Shown piece after piece: positions 23,560-37,389 of a DNA stretch of 64,000 bases. The notes beneath the pieces were generated by a model. That model ran no database searches. It was given only the letters and a program-made list of their open reading frames with translations, and had not been told where the DNA came from. The stretch lies in NCBI GenBank assembly GCA_964016885.1, contig OZ024743.1, positions 226,548,001 through 226,612,000 of the forward strand, in the 5' to 3' direction. Numbering within the stretch: position 1 is the first letter of the stretch; every line of letters starts with the position of its first letter. A program made the position numbers and the translations under genes. Origin of the DNA: Eledone cirrhosa (Eukaryota).

Positions 23560-23825
23560 TAAACAGATTGCTTGTAAAATTAACTTGTTAATGTTTGAGC
23601 ATTCCACGGAAACGTTTGCCGAAAAAATAATTCTGGGGGCGAATCAGTACGGTACAGCCTGTGACAATTACAGGTCCAATCATATTGATAGGCTTCTATA
23701 CCGTTTCCGTCTACGCAACTTCACTCAAATGTCATGACTGGTCAAACTGAGGCTATGGCAAATGACACTTGCCCAAGATGCTCCATATTAGGATTGAACT
23801 ATTTAACCATTCGGCCATGCTACGT
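23560..23825 (-). mobile_element. Decayed SINE (family C, CORE-like)
   Basis: TTTCCGTCTAC..GACACTTGCCCAAG..GGATTGAAC. Similar decayed copies at ~2330-2560 and ~49590-49860. Confidence 0.55.
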
Positions 23826-24464
23826 CCACTCAACCAAACAAAAAGCAATAACATGAATAACGATGGGAAGGACAATAGAATTCGCACAAAACAAAAACAA
23901 AAACGCTAACAAAATCCAAAATATGTAATAGTAATGATGACGACAACAACAACAACAAGAACAACAAAAAAACAACAATAATAATAAATGAATAAAAATA
24001 TAAATATAAATGAATAAATAAAGAATGAGATTAAATCTCTCGTTGTTAAAGTCTGACATCTGTCATGGCTGGATAATATCTGAAATAAAAGTGGAGTTAG
24101 CATAAAAGTATAAAAAAAAACCCCAACGAAACGAAACGAAACGAAATACAAACACATAAAAATAAAATAATGCCAGCAAAATAACACAAACAAAAGAAAG
24201 AATATATTTATAGACAATTGAAGGAAAACAATATTGTTATTTTTTTATGTCCTTCAATACTTCTTCAATTGTTTTTAGTGAGACAATGAAATTTTTTTAG
24301 TGCCATAGACTCCCCTTCATAATTTCATCATCAACATAGGAAAATGTTGAACAAATATATTGTATGCTATATTATGTATGGTATATCAATGTTTGCTTAT
24401 GTTTAGATTTTACATGATATTTATTTTATTTCACTTTTATTTCATATTTTCCTTTACTTTTTAA

Positions 24465-24858
<394 letters not shown>

Positions 24859-25171
24859 ATTCAACAGTATTTAATGGACAATATACAGAATGTATATTTA
24901 TCTACTATTTATTAAATTTACATTATAATATATTTATTCAACTATTTATTTCTTCTATTGACAATTTCTATGGAATATTAATAAATCAGCCAATACTTTA
25001 ATAGAACTTTGTTGTAGAATTATATATAATACATATATGCATGTGTCTATTTACGAATATATATATATACTTATATTAGCCTATATATGAATATATGCAT
25101 GCAGAGTATATATGTATATGTGTGTGCTTCCGACGAGTGTGTATTTGTGTGTATATGTATGTGTGTGTGTA

Positions 25172-25203
<32 letters not shown>

Positions 25204-25787
25204 AGTGTGTGCGCGTGTGTGAGTGTGCGTGTTGTAGTTTACTTTAGTTACAGTGGAGTATGAAAATGAGAAGTATGTACCTTTAGGAAGCCGTTCAATA
25301 TAGGTGGATTTGAAATATTAAGTTGGAAGAGATTTGACGGATGTGAAGTAGAAAGCAAGAAGTCGGAGAAAGAAGAAAATAAATAAAATAAAGCCAGCAG
25401 AATAACACAAACAAAAGAAAGAATATATTTATAGACAATTGAAAATAAATTAGCATCTAATTAGTACCAATATTTCGGATTTTACATCGCTCTAAAAGGG
25501 AAATGCGTAGAAGCTGATCCAGGAGAAATGGGATATCTTTCCTGGTAAATACGAAACAAATATATATGTATATTCATTCGATCGAATCTCGTCAAATCGG
25601 ACCGAGGAAACAATGTTTCCATTGGTCTTTCCATTTGCTAATAATATCTATCGGTCGTAAATCCAGGTACAATCCAGGAACGTGAACTAAAGTGTCTTGC
25701 TCAAGGATATAACGCATTGCCCGGTCCGTGAATGGAACTTACAACCTTACAATTGCGAATCCAATTATCTCACCACTTAACCACACC

Positions 25788-25833
<46 letters not shown>

Positions 25834-25850
25834 CATACATACATATATAC

Positions 25851-25883
<33 letters not shown>

Positions 25884-25887
<4 letters not shown>

Positions 25888-26105
25888 TATTAAAATAACA
25901 GATTAAAGTTTAAGCAACGAATCGCTGCTTTTACCCTTAACGGGATCTTCTGAAACTCGCGTTAAGGGGGAAAGCAGCGATTCTTTGCTTAAACTTTAAT
26001 CTGTTATTTTAATAAATATTTGCTCTACGGTTTTTATATATTTGATATTTATATTTATCCTTATCGAGCCTTCTTTAGATTTTAGTCTTCAAATTTATTA
26101 TTATT
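25884..26105 (+). mobile_element. Fold-back mini-element, family F2
   Basis: Arms TATTTATTAAAATAACAG..CCCTTAACG / CGTTAAGGG..TTTTAATAAATA (25884-26020). The loop contains GAAACTCGCGTT (HHR 3' half), and there is an ~85-bp unpaired tail. Flanked by (TA)n. Confidence 0.75.
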
Positions 26106-27847
26106 ACTATATATATATATATGGTGCGGCTAAGTGGTGAGAGAAAATGTATATATATATACAAATTTTAGTACAGCATTAACGAAGCTTTAGGTTGCGG
26201 CCAAGCTAACGAATGCAAATTCGGTATGTAGATTTAGCACTCGATAGGGAATAGTACCCCAGAGTAATAACAATACATTTAGACAGCTTTGCAAATCAAA
26301 TATAGCGATCGGCAGTCCAGCCGCATTACCATAGCAACGAAAATGGTTGGACTCAGGAAAAGATTTTATACTGACCTGGACCAAGCGCGGAGACCGAATA
26401 TATAATGCATATCGTATAGCATACGATATGCATCATTTACAACACACAACATCCACGCTAGGTTTCGGTAAATCCGAGATCGACTAATTCCGCTTGCAGG
26501 GGTCTGCAAGTTAATGGTCTTTGACGACAGAACAAAGGATTTACCTCTTCAACAAGTCTTGCGTTCTTTAGCCTCTGCGGGTGTGTTCTAGCAGTTGACA
26601 GCAGTTCTTTGCTGCATGTTGATCCAGGTTGTAAGATATTCCGATCAATCTAACGCGTTTGTAAAATGACAATTTTGTGGTATGTGCCAACCCATTACAA
26701 TTAGTCTATTTAGAGTCGGGACAGATCCATCCTATTGTGGTGCATGTTAGTGATGTTTCTTTGAAAGCTACACTCTGTATAGAATACGGCAGAATGCTGG
26801 ATTACATGCAACTTAGAACGCTGAAATTTCTGAGTTCCAGTAGAGTAAGAAGGATCGTTCATGGAGATACTCCATGTAATGTAGGCTAAGCTAGCTCCTA
26901 TCCACGGAGTCTCTAGAGAAAACGCATTAGGTATTTTGAATTGCACTAACCCTGCAAGTGAAGAAAGTCATATGCTGCATGAATATTTCCTTAACATCAT
27001 TGGCTATTGGGACCGTGTAACTTTTCATGTAAATCCATCTAACATTTGTAGGATACAAAGACAAATGTGTTGAAGTGTAGGAAATAATCAATAGGCAAGA
27101 CAAGAATCTAATACTACAATTCATCAAAAGTTCTCACATGCTCACATTTACAAATACACAGACTAAGAGACGCACATCCATGCATCCATATATGCATATA
27201 AATATACAAACAGGTAAAAAGAAGGTTCCCTATCCTGTTTCAAATCTGGGCGTTTATTAGAGCCAGGTGAGGTAAGCACAGACTTTGTTGTGTAGAAAAA
27301 CGTCACAATAAGGGTTCAAACTAAGGTAAAAGGAAAAGAGAGAGGGAAGTTGATGAAATTGATTCAGTCCTTGAATTTTCCTTTATTGTATCGAATCCTG
27401 AATGATGTTAGACAAATCTGGTCTCGCCGTGATTGGAAATCATATGCAAAGATTCAAAACATTTTGTTCAGGCATTGCGCTGAACCAAACTTATATCTTG
27501 CTCAGCTTAGTAGATATAAGTGCACTTTGATTATAACTGTTGTTTGAAATCAAAAGAAAATCATTTGAATGAGAGAAAATTCCGATGTTACTAATAACAT
27601 TGCGGGGAGTGATGTTTTAGTGTTGTAGTGGAGATGATGGTAGTTGAAAATATATTAGTGAGTACTATATGATGGTCAGCGTGGAGGCTTTGTTGGTACT
27701 GCTTGATATAAATGCGGTATTATATCCACAGTGAATTTGATAAATATACAATCTATATTTGCTCATGGCTGACTGTGTTGGAATTTTCACCCACTCTATA
27801 TTTATGGTGACGCCGTTTGCTTTAAGACACACACAAACACACACACG

Positions 27848-27929
<82 letters not shown>

Positions 27930-27998
27930 TATATATATATATATATATATATCTACATGTAGACATATATATAAATTTGTGTACATATATGTATATAC

Positions 27999-28039
<41 letters not shown>

Positions 28040-28102
28040 TGTGTGTGTGTGTGTATTTATATACATAGACATATATATATATATATATATTTGTGTACAT
28101 AT

Positions 28103-28216
<114 letters not shown>

Positions 28217-28455
28217 GAATACATATACTGTATATATATATGTGTGTGTGTGTGTGTGTATAGAAGGATGTGCGTGCGTGTGCGCGTGTGTATGTGTCTA
28301 TCGCCGACATTTGGTTTTGATTAACATAGTTGTGTATCATTTGTTCAGCCGAGTGTACAATTCAAATTAATGTTCAGTATAAATACTGCTTTTAACTAAT
28401 ATAAAGACTCTGCGTCTGTATGTAAATACGTGTACATTACTTGTATATATGAATG

Positions 28456-28490
<35 letters not shown>

Positions 28491-28547
28491 TAATTTTCAC
28501 AAGGAAAGTATATACTTTCGACCGTTCAACTATCTGGCAGATGGGTA

Positions 28548-28592
28548 AACGGTGCTGATGATAGCTAACAAGCTTGAAACTAGTACATCGTT
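28548..28592 (+). ncRNA. Minimal type I hammerhead ribozyme, copy 1
   Basis: AACGGTG-CTGATGA-T-AGCT-AACA-AGCT-T-GAAA-CTAG-TA^CATCGTT. 7-bp stem I (one G-U), canonical core, palindromic CTAG stem III and GUA cleavage triplet. Confidence 0.85.
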
Positions 28593-29013
28593 CCTGTGTC
28601 AGTGTTGAACAAAAAGGTGACGTGGTTGCCTTAACACCGTATGGCATAAATTCAGGCTGTTCAGTTTGTTTACAAACGAACAAAGCGACGTTAGCGCCGC
28701 TAAACTGATACGTGCATATATGTATGTGTACCTGTATGCATATGTATGTATATATGTATATATATATATATATGTGCATGCTACTGTACGTCTGTATACA
28801 TATATGTATGTACGTATACATGCATACTTACATTTAAGTAAGTGCCATACTAAGAGTGAGAAATGAAATTTCGTTTTCATTTTGTTTCAATTTATCGTTT
28901 TCGGTATGCCTGACCGATTTAACTCACTCAATATGCAAATTAGGCTGCTCAGCCGTTAATTTTCACAAGGAAAGTATATACTTTCGACCGTTCAACTATC
29001 TGGCAGATGGGTA

Positions 29014-29058
29014 AACGGTGCTGATGATAGCTAACAAGCTTGAAACTAGTACATCGTT
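29014..29058 (+). ncRNA. Minimal type I hammerhead ribozyme, copy 2
   Basis: Identical to 28548-28592. Confidence 0.85.
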
Positions 29059-29479
29059 CCTGTGTCAGTGTTGAACAAAAAGGTGACGTGGTTGCCTTAA
29101 CACCGTATGGCATAAATTCAGGCTGTTCAGTTTGTTTACAAACGAACAAAGCGACGTTAGCGCCGCTAAACTGATACGTGCATATATGTATGTGTACCTG
29201 TATGCATATGTATGTATATATGTATATATATATATATATGTGCATGCTACTGTACGTCTGTATACATATATGTATGTACGTATACATGCATACTTACATT
29301 TAAGTAAGTGCCATACTAAGAGTGAGAAATGAAATTTCGTTTTCATTTTGTTTCAATTTATCGTTTTCGGTATGCCTGACCGATTTAACTCACTCAATAT
29401 GCAAATTAGGCTGCTCAGCCGTTAATTTTCACAAGGAAAGTATATACTTTCGACCGTTCAACTATCTGGCAGATGGGTA

Positions 29480-29524
29480 AACGGTGCTGATGATAGCTAA
29501 CAAGCTTGAAACTAGTACATCGTT
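29480..29524 (+). ncRNA. Minimal type I hammerhead ribozyme, copy 3
   Basis: Identical to 28548-28592. Confidence 0.85.
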
Positions 29525-29945
29525 CCTGTGTCAGTGTTGAACAAAAAGGTGACGTGGTTGCCTTAACACCGTATGGCATAAATTCAGGCTGTTCAGTTTG
29601 TTTACAAACGAACAAAGCGACGTTAGCGCCGCTAAACTGATACGTGCATATATGTATGTGTACCTGTATGCATATGTATGTATATATGTATATATATATA
29701 TATATTTGCATGCTACTGTACGTCTGTATACATATATGTATGTACGTATACATGCATACTTACATTTAAGTAAGTGCCATACTAAGAGTGAGAAATGAAA
29801 TTTCGTTTTCATTTTGTTTCAATTTATCGTTTTCGGTATGCCTGACCGATTTAACTCACTCAATATGCAAATTAGGCTGCTCAGCCGTTAATTTTCACAA
29901 GGAAAGTATATACTTTCGACCGTTCAACTATCTGGCAGATGGGTA

Positions 29946-29990
29946 AACGGTGCTGATGATAGCTAACAAGCTTGAAACTAGTACATCGTT
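29946..29990 (+). ncRNA. Minimal type I hammerhead ribozyme, copy 4
   Basis: Identical to 28548-28592. Confidence 0.85.
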
Positions 29991-30224
29991 CCTGTGTCAG
30001 TGTTGAACAAAAAGGTGACGTGGTTGCCTTAACACCGTATGGCATAAATTCAGGCTGTTCAGTTTGTTTACAAACGAACAAAGCGACGTTAGCGCCGCTA
30101 AACTGATACGTGCATATATGTATGTGTACCTGTATGCATATGTATGTATATATGTATATATATATATATATGTGCATGCTACTGTACGTCTGTATACATA
30201 TATGTATGTACGTATACATGCATA

Positions 30225-30310
<86 letters not shown>

Positions 30311-30321
30311 TATATATATAT

Positions 30322-30375
<54 letters not shown>

Positions 30376-30422
30376 GTACATATAAATATATGTACATGAA
30401 TATATATTAATGAGTATATAAG

Positions 30423-30459
<37 letters not shown>

Positions 30460-31151
30460 TAAATAGACGTTTATGAAAGTCATGTCTCTATGTGTTTGTG
30501 TGCTTACATTTCAGTTACATTGCCCCCCCCCCCACCACCACCACCAAATAAACACACAACCCTTTTCCACAACAACTACACACACCACCTTTGAGAGCAG
30601 AACAACCTCGTATTTTAAGTCACTAGCACATCAAGCAGTCTGCTATTCAGCTGTAACATTGATGAATAAGGTGGTGGTGGTGGTAGTGGTGATGGTCGTG
30701 GTGATGGTAGCGTTTGTGCTACTGCTTGTGGGGTTGTTGGTATAGAAGTTTAGTAGAGATTTGCTCAGACAGTGATATTTAGGGTCAGATCTGAAGAACA
30801 GACTACGGAACAGTGGAATGGCCTGGAAATGTGATTATGTATGCATCAGCAACTGACTTCGGTCCACATGCAAAAATGTCATTTAAATGGATGGAATTTC
30901 AATAGATCCATTTTAATGTTATACACTACAAATGAGCAGCCAGGCACACACACGCACATACATACACGCACACACACACACACATTCACACACACACATT
31001 CAAATTCTCTCTCTGTGTCCATACACACAAATACATACACACAGTCATACACAAACATATTTAGATACAAACATTCATACATACAAACACACACACACAT
31101 AAATATATATGTTTGTGTGTGTATATATATCTATCTATATATATATATATA

Positions 31152-31216
<65 letters not shown>

Positions 31217-31787
31217 TCATGCGTATATATGTGTGTGTACGTGTGTATGTATGTGTTGGTGTGTGCATGCGTGTGCAAATTTTTCGGCATTTTTATACAC
31301 AATCGAGCCCGCCACATATAAACAGATGCATATATATCTACATCACATATTCTACTCAAACATTTATATATAAATATATTATAGAGCCAAACATACAAAG
31401 GTCTATATCTACCTATATCATCAAGAATATGTGTATATATGCTCAGTAATTTTAATACCAGCCGTACCATTGTGAAACTTCATTCAACGTTCTCTCCATT
31501 ATACTAAAGTTAAATTGTATTTAGTTACCTAAATTCAAGATACGTGTTTCATTTCTCTCAATATCTAGATATAAATATTAGTTGCTGATAAAATTCCTTT
31601 GGTTTTTTACCTGAAGTATATATGTATATAATTGGTAACATCATTACTCTTTATTCGGTCTTTCATTACCAGAACTGTGGTACCTTTTGTCAATAAATAT
31701 ATACATATATTTATTACCGCACCACACACACATTACCAACATCAAGTCAGCCCTGATTTTACAGACTTGTCATCATTATCATCATCA

Positions 31788-32102
31788 AGGGCGGTGAATT
31801 GGCAGTACCGGTGGAGGGTCGGACATCCTTTCCAGCATAGTTACGTCCCTTTACGATCTGAGTTCAAATCCGGCAGAGGTTAACTTTGCCTTTCATCCAT
31901 ATGGGGTCAACAAAATAAAGTACCAATAATGTGCTGGTTAATTGCTTGCCTTGTGCCAAAAATAGAAACAATTATCATCATCGTATTCAAATCTTGCTGA
32001 GTTTATATTTTGCCTTTCATTCTTCTTGTGTCTACAAAATTAATTACAAATCAAGTGTCTCTATCCACAAATTGCTGGCCTTGTACCTAAACTAAAAGTT
32101 AA

Positions 32103-32135
<33 letters not shown>
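31788..32135 (+). mobile_element. Two tandem SINE family A copies, the second with an (ATT)n tail
   Basis: Copies at ~31788-31976 and ~31984-32135. Confidence 0.8.
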
Positions 32136-32136
<1 letters not shown>

Positions 32137-32208
32137 GTTCTTTGAGTGTCAGTCATTGATGTTATTTAACTGGAAAGTTTGTTGAAATGAATATCAAGCC
32201 GATACCTA
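32104..32208 (-). mobile_element. Extremely 5'-truncated Dong/R4-like copy (3' UTR only)
   Basis: TTGTTCTTTG.GT.TCAGTCATTGATGTTA.TTAACTGGAAAGTTTGTTGAAATGAATATCAAGC matches 10441-10505 and abuts (ATT)n. Confidence 0.85.
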
Positions 32209-32459
32209 GTATTTTTTTCACCTTTTATATTCAATTATAATATACGGCTCGGAAAAATCTTTCCTAGAGGTTTTTTTTATTGTAAGAGACTATCTTGAGT
32301 TTCTAACTCGATATATACCTTTGTTATATATAGATATATATATACACACGCACCAGTTGCTTTCACTTCAATTTATTATAATAAATTTATAATAAATTTA
32401 TAAATTTATGAATTTCTGGTTGGTTGGTTGGTTCCACAACCAGATAGTTGTTTATATAT

Positions 32460-32504
32460 AGTCATAGTTCTTTCGTCACACACTCTGTGACCTCTTCAGT
32501 GACT
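32460..32504 (-). ncRNA. Minimal hammerhead ribozyme in the inverted PLE pLTR
   Basis: Reverse complement of 36259-36303. Confidence 0.7.
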
Positions 32505-32704
32505 GGGGATTCCTTTCTTTGTTTCTGTGCCTCTCCTTTGTTCTGTCCTACGCCATTTTGTTTCTGTGTGTGAGTTGTGTGCTCAGTCTGCGCATGCGCC
32601 ACATCCGGATTTCTGTGTGTGTTTATGTTCATTTATTTATTTGTTTATTTACATGTTACTGGTTGGTTGTTTGTTCTATGTGTGTGTGTGTTTTCATTTT
32701 GTCC

Positions 32705-33570
32705 TTAATTGTAAGTTGTCATGATGCTGTTCCACTCATATTTTCTATTTAATTTTGGTTGTAATTCGTTTATGTTTATTGCCTCTGTAATTTGTCTAAA
32801 CATTGCGCCTTTTCTGTGTGTATATTCTATTTTTATTTCTATGTTCTCTAATTTACCCTTGTGTTCTATTTTAGCATGTTGGTAGAGTACAGAGGATTCT
32901 TTACTATTTTGAAGGTCTCGCCAGTGTTCATTTATCCGTTCCCCTACACTACGAGCTGTCTCACCTATGTACACTATATTTTTGTCTCTACATTGTCCTT
33001 CAGTACATCTTATGCTATACACTACATTTCTAGTTTTACAGTTAATATGGGGGCTTATTTTACAGGTTATACATTTCTTATCTATACATGAGGGTCTTTG
33101 GAAAGGGTATGTCTTGCTAATAAGTGTTTTTACGGAGGTACCTGGTCTTTCTACTATCTTAATATTGAGTTTATGTTTATTTAGGGCCCTTCTAAATTTG
33201 TAAGCTAATTCACCTCTAGGGGTTGTATCGATGAACATTACACTCTGGTATTTATTGCTATCATACCATGAGTTTATTCTATTAGCCTTATTCCTAGTTC
33301 TTTCTATTCTATTCCAAAATTTGCTCCTATACAAGGGGCAGGTCCCATTTATGTCATTATTTACCATTTTTTTCCCATTTAGTTCTGGCTCCTTTATACA
33401 TTCTAATTTTTCTTTAAGTTTAAGTTTAAATCTACTGTCCCACGATACCATGAATAAGTTAGCTATGTCGCCTGCAATGCTAACACCAATGGCTGCTCCT
33501 TCCTCTTGGGCATATGTTTTTCCATTAAATTTGAACATATGTTCCTTAAGGGTTAGTTTTATGCTGGAGT
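32705..33570 (-). pseudogene. Inverted partial PLE ORF (RT fragment fused to Cys-linker + GIY-YIG endonuclease)
   Basis: Open frame: EEGAAIGVSIAG joined to ..CIDKKCITC..C KTRNVVYSIRC..YIGETARSVGERINEH..RQITEAI..LN. Confidence 0.85.
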
Positions 33571-36060
33571 AATTATGAGAGACATAGAAACAACCATGAG
33601 GCTGTTGGTGGAAATAGAAATAGAAACAACACAACTAACAATAACAATATCACTAATACACATAAAGCAGCAGCCTGGAACTCTACGCTTTATAATCCCT
33701 CCGATAAATCGTTCGACCTGCGACGAGTACACGCCACGACTCTACCATTTAACAAACGCACGCAATTGCCGTCGCAGGTCGATGAACAAACAGAAGCACA
33801 ATTTAGTATAGCTAGATCCGAACTTAGAAATATTATAGAACAGTATAGCAAGAAGCATAATAGAATGGAGGCCCAGCAACTGGGCGAAAAATCTGCAAAT
33901 GGCTTGCGTAAGCTCATGCAGCGCTCGCGTAATGGAGAGATAGCATGCTTTCCAACATACAAGTCTGGCAGAATGTCGGTTGACAGCCTGCCAAACTACA
34001 TCCAGGCAATGCAACCCCACATCACTAACACAAGAGAGGTAACACCATAGGAGCATGAGGATAGAGAAAAAGCCCTCAATGCCCATATGGTGATGTGGAC
34101 GAATATAATGCAGCCCAAAAAAAGGACTGCCAACAACTTCCAGGCCTGGAACAATGACGTGCCGGCATTGTATGGGCTTCGAAAAGACTATAAAACGGGC
34201 AGTGACCCTGTCGCGGGACCACCAACCCGGCCATTCTGTGGAGCTAACATTGCTAGTAACTACATACTGTCCTACTTCCTCTCCCTGATCATACGCCCCA
34301 TCATTGAAATGTTCCCAGATGTATGTGACAGCACGGAGGACTTCCTCAGCAGAATCAGCGTGAGTAACCGATCTAGGGACCTAACAAACTTCATAATAGG
34401 TAGTATGGATGTTGTGTCCCTGTATCCATCTATTGACGTGGATTTTGCTGTGGAGAAATGCGTAGAAATGATCAGTGAGAGCAATGTTGCGTTCCGTGGG
34501 ATTGATACCAGTGAGCTGGGACTCCTACTTAAACTTACCTATAGTAATAATTACCTAGACACATATGACCTTAGCAACCTGCGCCCTACAAGACCAGCAA
34601 AAGGCAGACCACCTACCATTACCTCAATGGCCAAGAAAACCCACACAGATAGATGGAACGGGCGGACCAGAGCCATACGGACACCCGAAAACCACGATGA
34701 ACTGAAGAAAATGATTGCACATGCGGTAGGGGCCAGCATAAAACTAACCCTTAAGGAACATATGTTCAAATTTAATGGAAAAACATATGCCCAAGAGGAA
34801 GGAGCAGCCATTGGTGTTAGCATTGCAGGCGACATAGCTAACTTAATCATGGTATGGTAGGACAGTAGACTTAAACTTAAACTTAAAGAACAATTAGAAG
34901 ACCCCTTAACCCTGATAATGTACTCCCGCCACGTTGATGATATAAACATCGTAGTTAAGACACCCCCACTAGAGAACAGTCAGGAACTAGAGAAAAACAC
35001 AATGGAAAGCATCCAGCAAATAGCTAACTCCATCCACCAGAGCATTAGAGTTACTATAGACTACCCAAGTAAACACCCCAACCATCGATTACCTGTACTA
35101 GACACAGAGCTCTGGTTAGATACCATTAATACCAGAAAACAAATCCTCCATTCCCATTATGCCAAACCCATGACTTCCAAACATCTGTTTCACCGAAACT
35201 CGGCCGTTTCGGACCATACCAAAATCAACATACTGATTGCGGATTTGGTACGGGTGATGAGAAATGTGTTCCGCATGTGCAACCCCGAAGAACTAGAGAG
35301 ACACATACAACACTTCATCCACCGTATGCAGTTCTCTGGCTACAATCAGAGAGATAAAATCAGAGTGTATAGAGGAGCCAGAACTAAATGGGAAAAAATG
35401 GTAAATAATGACATAAATGGGACCTGCCCCTTGTATAGGAGCAAATTTTGGAATAGAATAGAAAGAACTAAGAATAAGGCTAATAGAATAAACTCATGGT
35501 ATGATAGCAATAAATACCAGAGTGTAATGTTCATCGATACAACCCCTAGAGGTGAATTAGCTTACAAATTTAGAAGGGCCCTAAATAAACATAAACTCAA
35601 TATTAAGATAGTAGAAAGACCAGGTACCTCCGTAAAAACACTTATTAGCAAGACATACCTTTCCAAAGACCCTCATGTATAGATAAGAAATGTATAACCT
35701 GTAAAATAAGCCCCCATATTAACTGTAAAACTAGAAATGTAGTGTATAGCATAAGATGTACTGAAGGACAATGTAGAGACAAAAATATAGTGTACATAGG
35801 TGAGACAGCTCGTAGTGTAGGGGAACGGATAAACGAACACTGACGAGACCTTCAAAATAGTAAAGAATCATCTGTACTCTACCAATATGCTAAAATAGAA
35901 CACAAGGGTAAATTAGAGAACATAGAAATATAAATAGAATCTACACACAGAAAAGACGCAATGTTAGACAAATTACAGAGGCAATAAACCTAAAAGTATT
36001 ACAACCAAAATTAAATAGAAAATATGAGTGGAACAGCAACATCTCAACTTACAATTAAGG
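33571..36060 (+). pseudogene. PLE RT + GIY-YIG ORF, interrupted by stops and a frameshift
   Basis: LYGLRKD, MDVVSLYPSI, GAAIG, YSRHVDD, LPVLD and YAKP, then the 4-Cys linker and GIY-YIG. Stops at ~34048, 34858 and 35841, and a frameshift at ~35660. Confidence 0.9.
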
Positions 36061-36258
36061 ACAAAATGAAAACACACACACACATAGAACAAACAACCAA
36101 CCAGTAACATGTAAATAAACAAATAAATAAATGAACATACACACACACTGACACCCGGATGTGGCGCATGCGCAGACTGAGCACACAACACACACACAGA
36201 AACAAAATGGCGTAGGACAGAACAAAGGAGAGGCACAGAAACAAAGAAAGGAATCCCC

Positions 36259-36303
36259 AGTCACTGAAGAGGTCACAGAGTGTGTGACGAAAGAACTATG
36301 ACT
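36259..36303 (+). ncRNA. Minimal hammerhead ribozyme in the PLE 3' pLTR
   Basis: AGTCA-CTGAAGA-G-GTCAC-AGAGTGT-GTGAC-GAAA-GAAC-TA^TGACT. Stem III is vestigial. Minimal HHRs in PLE pLTRs are an established feature. Confidence 0.7.
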
Positions 36304-36524
36304 ATATATAAACAACTATCTGGTTGTGGAACCAACCAACCAACCAGAAATTTATAAATTTATAAATTTATTATAAATTTATTATAAATTTATTATAATA
36401 AATTGAAGTGAAAGCAACCGGTGCGTGTGTTCCTTATTGGCAACATGACCCTCCCAAAGTATAACAATATCGGATTCAACACACGATTTCAGATAAAGAA
36501 TCTTGCTAAACAAATTCAGAAACG

Positions 36525-36568
<44 letters not shown>

Positions 36569-36580
36569 TTATATATATAT

Positions 36581-36639
<59 letters not shown>

Positions 36640-37000
36640 TATATATATATATATACACACATATTTATATATATATATAAATATATATATATATACATAA
36701 ATATACACACATATATAAATATATATATATCTACATAAATTAAGTAACGTGTCATGTGTGATTATGAAGCACAAAAAATTTATTCTTCTCACAATTGTGA
36801 AGCTGTTTCTCAATAAGACAGTAACGTCGTACATTTGTGGGTTTACACTGAAATCTATGGGTGATAGCAAGTTTTACATCTTTTATCACAGAACTGAATA
36901 GCTGTATAAACGAAAAATATTACATACAAAAAATATAGGATCTGGATCTGAATTATGAATATGATTGTGAAGTTATATTTATATAAGTTTCTATATATTT

Positions 37001-37039
<39 letters not shown>

Positions 37040-37121
37040 AATATATATATGTATGTATATATATATGTAAATATTTATATATATATTAATAAATATATAT
37101 ATATATATATATATTTATGCT

Positions 37122-37178
<57 letters not shown>

Positions 37179-37267
37179 GCTTCTATATGGGTGTGTGTGA
37201 GTATACGCATTTGTATATTTGGTGCTATATAAGTATGTTAACAATATCTATGTATGTATTTACTTTA

Positions 37268-37313
<46 letters not shown>

Positions 37314-37345
37314 GTCTATCTATCTATCTCCTTCTTTCTCTCTCT

Positions 37346-37389
<44 letters not shown>

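Larger units (their letters stand above)
28490..30228 (+). mobile_element. Tandem array of a 466-bp hammerhead-containing unit (3.7 copies); non-LTR retrozyme candidate
   Basis: Unit starts at 28490, 28956, 29422 and 29888. Copies are near-identical (the only difference I spotted is G>T at 29706). One HHR per unit and (TA)n on both sides. Confidence 0.9.
32346..36525 (+). mobile_element. Penelope-like element, 5' truncated, with a 1.2-kb inverted 5' arm
   Basis: Main copy 33571-36525 (+). 32346-33570 is an inverted copy of its 3' part, with an internal deletion and lacking the last ~100 bp. Both ends abut (TA)n. Confidence 0.9.

Noticed and set aside
26170-26960. GC-richer block with short ORFs
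   Set aside because: Probably an old transposon remnant, but no motif was recognisable, so it is left uncalled.
28396-30219. Repeated 66-141 aa ORFs in the 466-bp array; also a CRISPR-like appearance
   Set aside because: The ORFs run through TA-rich patches and have no recognisable domain. The units are fully repeated with no unique spacers, and there are no cas genes.
35841-35843. In-frame TGA in the PLE as possible selenocysteine recoding
   Set aside because: The inverted arm has TGG (Trp) at this codon, so it is an ordinary nonsense mutation.
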